NCBI GenBank assembly: GCA_965228735.1
Contig: OZ245838.1
Span: forward strand, 960,001 to 1,024,000
Origin: Planctomycetota bacterium
GTDB lineage: Bacteria > Planctomycetota > UBA1135 > UBA2386
Length of the DNA stretch: 64,000 bases
Direction of reading: 5' to 3'
The notes under the pieces were generated by a model that saw only the letters and a list, made by a program, of their open reading frames with translations, made no database searches and was not told where the DNA came from. The translations under genes and the position numbers were made by a program. How positions within the stretch are numbered: position 1 is the first letter of the stretch; each line of letters opens with the position of its first letter. Shown piece by piece: positions 57,200 to 64,000 of this stretch.

Positions 57200-58359
57200 G
57201 TCGTTCGTCTCGTGCTCCAGGTATCAGTTCGGTCATCCTCGCGGTGCTCGCGTCGGGCGCGTTCGTGTCGGCCCAGGCCGACGGCGACAACGCGATGCAG
57301 GACCGTGTGCGCGTGGCCGTCGAAACCGCGGGTCGCGCGATCGTCGGGCAGCCCCTGACGGTGACGGTGCGCTTCGAACTCGAGCAGCAGTTCTTGCGCG
57401 AGCACGCGGTCGACCTGCTGCAACGGCCGGTCGACCTGCCCGTCCAGCTCGTGCTGCCGTGGGCCGTCGATCCGGACCCGGAGCGCGTTCGCGTGATGAT
57501 CGGCACCGTCGACCCGAAGCCGGGGGAGCGCGCGCCGACGGTCGCCGTCGCGAACGAGATCGTGCGGGCGCGAACGCTCGCACCGGTCGAGCGCGACGGG
57601 CGCACGTTCGAAGCCTTCGCGGTGCCGGTGCGCTGGACCGGCCTCGCGGCCGGTGACTTCGAGTGCGCGGGCACGGCGCTGCGTTACGCGTTCACGACCC
57701 GCTTCGAGGAGACGCTGCTCAGCGGCCGCCAGCCGGTCGATCGAATCGAGGGCACGGCCACGGCACCCCCGTTCACGTTGACGTCGGCGCCGTTGCCAAC
57801 GGGCGCGCCGGCCGGCTTCACGGGTGCCGTCGGGCAGTTCACGGTGCGGGTCATCGCCGAGCCGACGCGCGTGGAGCTCGGCGACAACTTCGAGCTCGCG
57901 CTCGCGGTGAGCGGTGACGGCAACCTGACGGAGTTCGAGGCCCCGGACCGACCGGAGCTCCGCGGCTTCGCGGTGCAGGGGCTCGTCGAGCGGTCCGCCG
58001 ACGGCGAGCGCGTCTTCGCGTTCGACGTCTTGGCGCTGCGTGAAGGCGCGGCCCAACTGAGCCTGCCGTTCGTGTTCTTCGACCCGGCGGCGGGGGCGTA
58101 CCGAACGCTGCGCAGCGAAACTGTTGCGGTGTCGGTCGAACCGCGCGCGGCGGATCGCCCGCTGCCGGAGCGAGTGGCAAAGCTCATTGCGAGATCGGGA
58201 ACGACCGGCGCTGACTCCGGGAGCGAGTCCGCGACCGCCATGCTCATGGCCGTGGGCCTTGGTGTGACACTCATCGGTGTTCTGGGCGCGTCGGTCATCC
58301 TGCGCCGTCGTCGGTCGGTCAGAGGTGACGGCGAACCGACGGCGTCTGGCCCGCGCTGA
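57196..58359 (+). CDS. BatD-like protein
   Basis: PLPTGAPAGFTGAVGQF, VSGDGNL, FFDPAAGAYRTL; C-terminal TM plus RRRR. Confidence 0.82.
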   Translation: MSRSSRAPGISSVILAVLASGAFVSAQADGDNAMQDRVRVAVETAGRAIVGQPLTVTVRFELEQQFLREHAVDLLQRPVDLPVQLVLPWAVDPDPERVRVMIGTVDPKPGERAPTVAVANEIVRARTLAPVERDGRTFEAFAVPVRWTGLAAGDFECAGTALRYAFTTRFEETLLSGRQPVDRIEGTATAPPFTLTSAPLPTGAPAGFTGAVGQFTVRVIAEPTRVELGDNFELALAVSGDGNLTEFEAPDRPELRGFAVQGLVERSADGERVFAFDVLALREGAAQLSLPFVFFDPAAGAYRTLRSETVAVSVEPRAADRPLPERVAKLIARSGTTGADSGSESATAMLMAVGLGVTLIGVLGASVILRRRRSVRGDGEPTASGPR

Positions 58360-58438
58360 GTGTCAGCGCGACCGCCCCCGTCAAACTTCGGCGCGGACGG
58401 GGTTACCGGGCAGCGTGCCCCTGCTAGCTCGGAACACC

Positions 58439-59620
58439 ATGCAACTGCTCACCGGCGGGTGTCTCCTCGTCTCCCTCGGCCTGACTGCCCCGATCGCGAC
58501 CGCGCAGGTCCTCACGGTCGATCCGGGCGGCGCCGCGCAATACACCGACCTGCAGACGGCGATCGACGCCGCGCCTGGCGGCGCCGTGATCCTCGTGAAC
58601 GGCGGCGTCTGGCAGACCTTGGCGATTTCGCGGTCTCTCACGATCGTCGGGACGACGGAGATCGAGGTTCGACCCGACGAGGGGTTCAGCACGGGGCAGC
58701 AGCCACCGGCGATCGAACTCCAGGGCAGCGGGTCCGAGCAGTTCACGCTCGTGAACGCGACGGTCCAGGGGAACGTGCCGTCGCCCTCCTACAACTTCGC
58801 CGCACCCGGCATCGAGAGCAGCGGCTTTGCGCAGATCCGCGTGTTCGATGCGCGGATTGCGGGCAGCCGTTGGACGGCGCCGACGGGCCGCGCGCTCGGC
58901 GTGCCCGGGATCCGCGCCGCCGGTGCGGTGCTCGTCCACGTCGAGCGTGCCGTGATCGAGGCGTCGACGACGTTCGGCGACGACTCGATGGCGCTCGCGC
59001 CGAACGGGGCGGCGGGGATCGAAGCTCCGGGCGCGACCGTCGCGGTGATGCAGTCGCGCGTGCTCGGCGGCGATGTCTGGCAGCCGGACCTGGTGATCAA
59101 TCCCGGTCCGGCGCCGTGCCCGTGCCCGGCGGGGCCGAATGGCGCCGCGCTCGCGGGCGACGGTGTGCTCGCGGGCACGCTCTACGATTCCGGTAGCTTG
59201 ATCGAGGGCGGCGCGCCGACCGCCATCACCGTGCTGGGCCAGCCCTACGGGCAGCAGCCGGGCGGGGTCGCGACCTCCGCGAGCTCCACGATCGCACTGC
59301 CGTTCGTGATGACGCTCGGCGTGCCGCTGCGCCTCGGCGCGACGGGCTTCGTGCTCATGGCGCCGCCGCAGGGGCCCTCGGTGCTCGTGGTCGGTCTGCC
59401 GGAGTCGACGCCGATCAACACGCCGATCGTGAGCTACGTGTTCGTCGACCTGCTGCCGCCCGCCGTGACGCGGTTGATCGGCCCGACGACGACGCTGCAC
59501 GCGACGAGCGTGCCGTTCAACTTCAACTTCGCCGGGTTCGAGCTGGCCTACCAGCGCTTCGATCTGGTGAACGGCAGCGTCGTGGCGAGCAACCCGGTGC
59601 ACGCGGTCGTGCGGCGCTGA
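58439..59620 (+). CDS. Secreted protein, parallel beta-helix-like N-terminus plus conserved C-terminal beta domain
   Basis: Signal ending ATA|Q; VDPGGAAQYTDLQTAIDAA..G..ILV; Gly-rich strands. Confidence 0.72.
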   Translation: MQLLTGGCLLVSLGLTAPIATAQVLTVDPGGAAQYTDLQTAIDAAPGGAVILVNGGVWQTLAISRSLTIVGTTEIEVRPDEGFSTGQQPPAIELQGSGSEQFTLVNATVQGNVPSPSYNFAAPGIESSGFAQIRVFDARIAGSRWTAPTGRALGVPGIRAAGAVLVHVERAVIEASTTFGDDSMALAPNGAAGIEAPGATVAVMQSRVLGGDVWQPDLVINPGPAPCPCPAGPNGAALAGDGVLAGTLYDSGSLIEGGAPTAITVLGQPYGQQPGGVATSASSTIALPFVMTLGVPLRLGATGFVLMAPPQGPSVLVVGLPESTPINTPIVSYVFVDLLPPAVTRLIGPTTTLHATSVPFNFNFAGFELAYQRFDLVNGSVVASNPVHAVVRR

Positions 59621-59717
59621 GGCCGCCCGGCCTGGGTGCGGCGGGGCAGCGATCGTGACCCGCCGCCGGCGCAACGCACTACGCTATGGCCTGAACCGAA
59701 CCCTCTGCGAGGTCGTC

Positions 59718-60878
59718 ATGCTGCAGACTCTCCCCGGTCTTCTTGCTCGTTCGTTGGCAACCCTGCTGGTCGTCATGGGGTTGCCGGCCCAAACGACGTG
59801 GATCGTCGACGGTGCGGGTGGACCCGGCAGCCACTTCACGACCATCAACGCCGGTGTTGCTGCAGCCAGTCCGGGCGATGTGGTCTCGGTGCGGCCCGGG
59901 ACCTACCTGGAGAGTGTCGACATCGACAAGGGCATTCGCCTCATCGGTTCGGTGAACGCGAGCATTTCCGCGGGAGTCCTGGCGCCGACCATCCGCGTGC
60001 ATGATGTGCCCGCGACCGAGTCGTGCGCGGTCGTTGGCTTCACGATCGGTTTGGCGGGCTCCAACTCGGCGCGGATGCAGTGCGCGGATTGTGACGGACT
60101 CGTGTTGTTCGAGCAGCTCACGGCGGCAGCGCCGACGGGGCAGGGGACCCCGACCCTGGGGCTGAGCGTCACGGATTCGCGGCAAGCCATCGTCGATCGG
60201 GTGTTCTTTCGCGGCGGTGTCATCGTGGAGCGCAGCACGGTGTCGATCACGGGTTCGGTGCTCGAGGCGCTCAATGCCGGCGGCCCCCTGCGCGTGACCG
60301 ATGGCGATGTGACCGTCGATGGCGCGACGATGTCGATGCAGGGGATCTTCTTGTTCGCCGCGCCGGCGTATCTCGACGGCGGCACGCTGCGCATCGCCCG
60401 TTCTTCGATCAGCAACAATGGGCACCCCGCTGCGCTGAACGCCATGAATGGCGTGGCGGCGTACGCCGAGTCGGGTGCGCTGACGATCGACAACCAGACC
60501 ACGTTGAACCCCGGCACGGGCTTCCCGCCGACCGGGAGCAGTCCCAACGGCACGATCACCCGACGCGATTTCGAAACGGCGCGGGTTCGATTCAGCCCGC
60601 TGTCGATCCAGTTCGACTATCGAGGTGAGCCGAGCGCATTCTTCGCCACGCTCTACTCCGCGCCCTCGCCAGGCCTGGCCTCACCGTTCGGGCACATCTG
60701 GGTCGACCCGTTCGCCTACTACGTGCTCGATGTCGGCCAGCTCGATTCGGCGGGGGAGCACACCCGCCAGTTGCCGTTGGTCGGGTTGCCGACCGGGCTG
60801 GTCGTCATGGCGCAACCGGTGTTCCTGACGACGGCCGGTGTCACGTTCGCCAACGCTTCGGCGTTCGTGGCGCGGTAG
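59718..60878 (+). CDS. Secreted protein, parallel beta-helix-like (paralogue of the upstream gene)
   Basis: GAGGT RBS; signal ending LPA|Q; WIVDGAGGPGSHFTTINAGVAAASPGDVVSVRPGTY. Confidence 0.72.
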   Translation: MLQTLPGLLARSLATLLVVMGLPAQTTWIVDGAGGPGSHFTTINAGVAAASPGDVVSVRPGTYLESVDIDKGIRLIGSVNASISAGVLAPTIRVHDVPATESCAVVGFTIGLAGSNSARMQCADCDGLVLFEQLTAAAPTGQGTPTLGLSVTDSRQAIVDRVFFRGGVIVERSTVSITGSVLEALNAGGPLRVTDGDVTVDGATMSMQGIFLFAAPAYLDGGTLRIARSSISNNGHPAALNAMNGVAAYAESGALTIDNQTTLNPGTGFPPTGSSPNGTITRRDFETARVRFSPLSIQFDYRGEPSAFFATLYSAPSPGLASPFGHIWVDPFAYYVLDVGQLDSAGEHTRQLPLVGLPTGLVVMAQPVFLTTAGVTFANASAFVAR

Positions 60879-61105
60879 CCCGAGCGACGCTTGCGCACGA
60901 TCACTGACGTGAACGCAGCGACCCGCCCGACGTTGGTGAACCGGATACCAGTTGGCCGGCGACGTAGATTGGGCATCAAGCGTCGAGGCGAGGATCGGGT
61001 GGTTGTTCGGCCGGTTGACGGAAGGTCGCCAACCGGTGGGGATTGACGGTTCGGGTTCAACGCCAGATAGTTTCAACCGTCCACTACCGGTGACCAGGAG
61101 GTCCC

Positions 61106-63135
61106 ATGCGGCAGGTTCTGACGGTTCTTCGGTCCGTTCTTCTGTCCTGCGCGTTGTCGTCGGGAGCCAACGCACTTCTTGCCCAGGGACCGCCGCAGAT
61201 CGGCGGGAACTGGCTCGGCCCGTTCGCCCATGGAAGCCACCTGATGATGGGCAGCACCTGTCCGGCCAACCTGCCTCTGACGAATCCGCCGACCGAGAAC
61301 ACGAGTTCGGAAGTCCGGTTCTGGCCGATCCATGCCGCGGTGATTCCAGCCCCGTGAACACGTCGACGTCCCGAGTTCTGGTGTGGGACAAGAGCGGTGA
61401 CAACACGTGCAGTAACCCCGGCGGTGACCGCGAGCAGCGCTGGGCGGTCATCGATTGCACCACGCCAACGAGCCCGACCATCCTGAAGTCCTCGTGGCAG
61501 ATCCTGCAAGCCACCGAACAGCCGCCGGCGCCCTTGGCGGGACAGAATCCCGGCTGCGGGATCGCGGGGCACCAGGGTCTGTTCTGCGCTGGTCAGACCT
61601 GGTTGCCCGATGGTCGCCTCTTCGTCCTTGGCGGTGACTACTGGGCGGTAGCGACGTGCACTGGCGTCAACCGGCCAGCGGGTCCCTTCGACGCTACGAC
61701 CCCCTCGGTCATCACCCCGGTGTTCGCGGGGTCCTCGCTCGCGTGTGTCTTCGATCCGTCAGTGGCCCTCGCTCCGCAGCTCGGTCAGATGCGAACCACA
61801 GCCGGTGGTTCGTCGTGGCACACTCTCCCGCCGTCGCAACAGCTCAGGCACCCGCGTTGGTATCCCTCCGTGACCCTGCTGCCGCCGGTCGCGCCGGCTA
61901 CCAACGCACGGGTCGCCGTCAGCGGCGGGATCATGTTCTCCGACGCGGGCATCCTGCCGTTCGTGCCCGCTATCGGCGCGACTGTGACGGACCAGTCATA
62001 CGATAGCTACGAGTTCTATACCGTCGACACGAGTAACCCGACTGCTGTCGATCCGGTCAAGTTCTTCGACGCGTCGACCCCGACTCCTCTCGATGTGTTT
62101 CCGGCTCCGCTGACCGCCAACGCGGTGTTCGCGCCTGGGAACGGCTACCGGTTCTGGTTCTACCCCCGCATGCACTTCACGTCGGATCAGTCACTCGGCG
62201 GGACCACGCGCGGCCAGCTCTGGATGAGCGGACAGACCATCGAATCCTCGCGTCGCGACCTGTTCATGCTGCCGACCCCCAGCCCATGGCTGAACATCGG
62301 GCCGCAGTTCTCCGCCGGCAACAACACGCTCCTGGAGGAAAGCGTGTCGGTGCTTTTTCCCGGCATTGCTGGGCAACTCGCCGAGACCATCGTGCTGCTC
62401 GGCGGGATGGAGGGGAACCACAGTGGCAACATCGTAAACACGGTTCGGCTGCTCGACACGCGCGCCGTGAATCCGCAGTGGGTGCTTGGGCCGCCCATGA
62501 ACCACGCGCGCAAGTTCCACAATGCCGTCGTACTGCCCGACAGCTCGGTGTTCGTGGTCGGCGGTGGCCTCAATCCACAGCACGGCGGCACGGGCCAGGA
62601 AGTACACACACCCGAGGTGTTCTTCCAGGGCCAGTGGCACGAAGCGCCGCAACCACCGAATGGGACGGGCCTGAGCCATCCCGCACCGCGCACCTACCAC
62701 TCCCAGGCCGTGCTGTTGCCCGATGCTCGGGTGCTGGTTTCTGGCGGTGACACGTGCGGCGTCGGCAACGAGTACGAGATCTTCGAGCCGCACTACCTGT
62801 TCCAGGACAACGGAAGCCCGTCGGTGCGGCCGACGATCACTCAGGTTCCAAACTTGATCGGCTACGGCGCAGCCAACCAGTTCACAGTCAATCACAACCG
62901 AATGCCGATCGGCCTCGCCGTGACGTCCGCGGTGATCGTCTGGCCGGCTGCCCTGACCCACGGTCACGATTCGAACCAACGGCTCGTCGAACTGAGCGTC
63001 GTGTCGTCCACATCGACGTCCGTGACGTTGCAGCCACCGGCCAACAACACGCGGGCGATCGAAGGGCACTACATGTTGTTCTTGTTGTCCTCAGCCGGAG
63101 TCCCGTCGGTAGCGCGATGGGTGCGGCTACTATGA
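61106..63135 (+). CDS. Secreted galactose oxidase-like copper radical oxidase (kelch + DUF1929; AA5-like); 1-bp frameshift near 61350
   Basis: AGGAGG RBS and signal peptide at 61106; IHAAVIP then VLVW in the -1 frame; LFCAG, RWYP, RTYHS, ALTHG, GHYMLF, GVPSVARW. Confidence 0.85.
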
Positions 63136-64000
63136 CGCGCACGGTTGACTGGCTGTGCGCCTTGGCGTTGGTCGGTGCGGCGCCCGGTCAGCATGTGGTC
63201 TGGACCGTTGCAGGCACTTCCACCCACTTGTTCACGATATCAGAGCAGTGGGGCGAAGCCTGCGTGGCCATCGGTGACATCAACAGTGACGGCTTCGCCG
63301 ACATCGCGCTGGACTCCAGCTGGATCGCGCCGACCGGGGCGTCGAACTCGATATTCGTCATGTCGGGCGCGGACGGGACCCTGCTGCGTGAGGACTTGCG
63401 CATGGGCTCAAGCAACCTGCTGAGCGTCGCTCGGGCCGGGGACTGGGACAGCGACGGCGTTCGCGACTATGTTATCACGACGCAGGAGACCCACCCGTGC
63501 GCCTGCTCCTCCGCGACACTCACCAGTGGCGCCACCGGCACCCCACTGTTGCGAGTCCAACGGAACGGGTTTGCAGTCAGGGCCTTTGGTTACCGCGTCA
63601 ATGCCGAGTGCGACGTCGACGGCGATGGACAACTCGATCTGCTCGTGGCGAGTCTGGAGCAAGACCTGATGAGCAACATCGTCGGCGGGATCTACGCCTT
63701 CGATCACGCCGGTACGCTGCTGCACTACCGTCAGGGCGTCCTACCCGGCCGGATCGGCCGTTCTCTTGCCCGCTACGGCGACTTCGACGGCGACGGCTGC
63801 GATGACTTCCTGATGGGAACGACTCCGCACATCGGCGGCGTCGTCGAGCTCGTATCGGGTCGCACGTTCCAGGTGCTGCAGCAGTTTACCGGCACCGGCA
63901 TGGACTTTATCGGTCGCAGTGTGATCCGCACGGATGATCTCGACCAGGACGGCATCCCCGATGTCGCTACCGGTGGCGGCGCGCTCTATCAGCTTCCCGG
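63132..64000 (+). CDS. Secreted FG-GAP / integrin-alpha-like repeat protein, 3'-partial
   Basis: Not in the ORF track because it runs off the window. ATGA-coupled; manual translation gives MTRTVDWLCALALVGAAPGQ, then GDINSDGFADI, GDWDSDGVRDY, DVDGDGQLDL, GDFDGDGCDDF, DDLDQDGIPDV. Confidence 0.88.
   Translation, partial: MTRTVDWLCALALVGAAPGQHVVWTVAGTSTHLFTISEQWGEACVAIGDINSDGFADIALDSSWIAPTGASNSIFVMSGADGTLLREDLRMGSSNLLSVARAGDWDSDGVRDYVITTQETHPCACSSATLTSGATGTPLLRVQRNGFAVRAFGYRVNAECDVDGDGQLDLLVASLEQDLMSNIVGGIYAFDHAGTLLHYRQGVLPGRIGRSLARYGDFDGDGCDDFLMGTTPHIGGVVELVSGRTFQVLQQFTGTGMDFIGRSVIRTDDLDQDGIPDVATGGGALYQLP

Noticed and set aside
58200..58359. BatD C-terminal TM + RRRR as an exosortase target
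   Set aside because: There is no PEP-like motif before the helix, and a TM at this position is normal for BatD-like proteins.

Overview
This is a very GC-rich, gene-dense bacterial window with about 45 protein-coding genes. I found no rRNA, tRNA, CRISPR array or transposase/integrase. The gene content points to a Planctomycetota genome (inference from the DUF1549/DUF1553 cytochrome c + DUF1501 cluster, a prenyltransferase-repeat protein, carboxypeptidase-regulatory-like repeat proteins and FG-GAP proteins). The main blocks are: (1) 1-35.9 kb, mixed envelope, redox and housekeeping genes (YyaL-like, GNAT, TPR lipoprotein, cytochrome c/DUF1501 cluster, Ser/Thr kinase-STAND, cysS, serine hydrolase, lipoprotein MsrB, ECF sigma module, RluA-family synthase, GH63); (2) 36.1-46.9 kb, an exosortase A-type exopolysaccharide/protein-sorting operon, faced by a sigma-54 response regulator and a giant TPR gene; (3) 52.5-58.4 kb, a DUF58/vWA/TPR/BatD operon with no adjacent MoxR; (4) 58.4-64 kb, secreted proteins (two beta-helix proteins sharing a C-terminal domain, a copper radical oxidase, an FG-GAP protein). 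The most notable observations are a 14-bp x3 repeat forming a chain of stop/start-overlapping pentapeptide ORFs between the first two EPS genes, a shared C-terminal module that could be a sorting signal, Gln at +1 after most signal peptides, and a kinase-STAND protein with a degenerate P-loop. Two genes have single-base frameshifts at short homopolymers, probably assembly errors. All family assignments come from motif recognition by eye; no searches were run.
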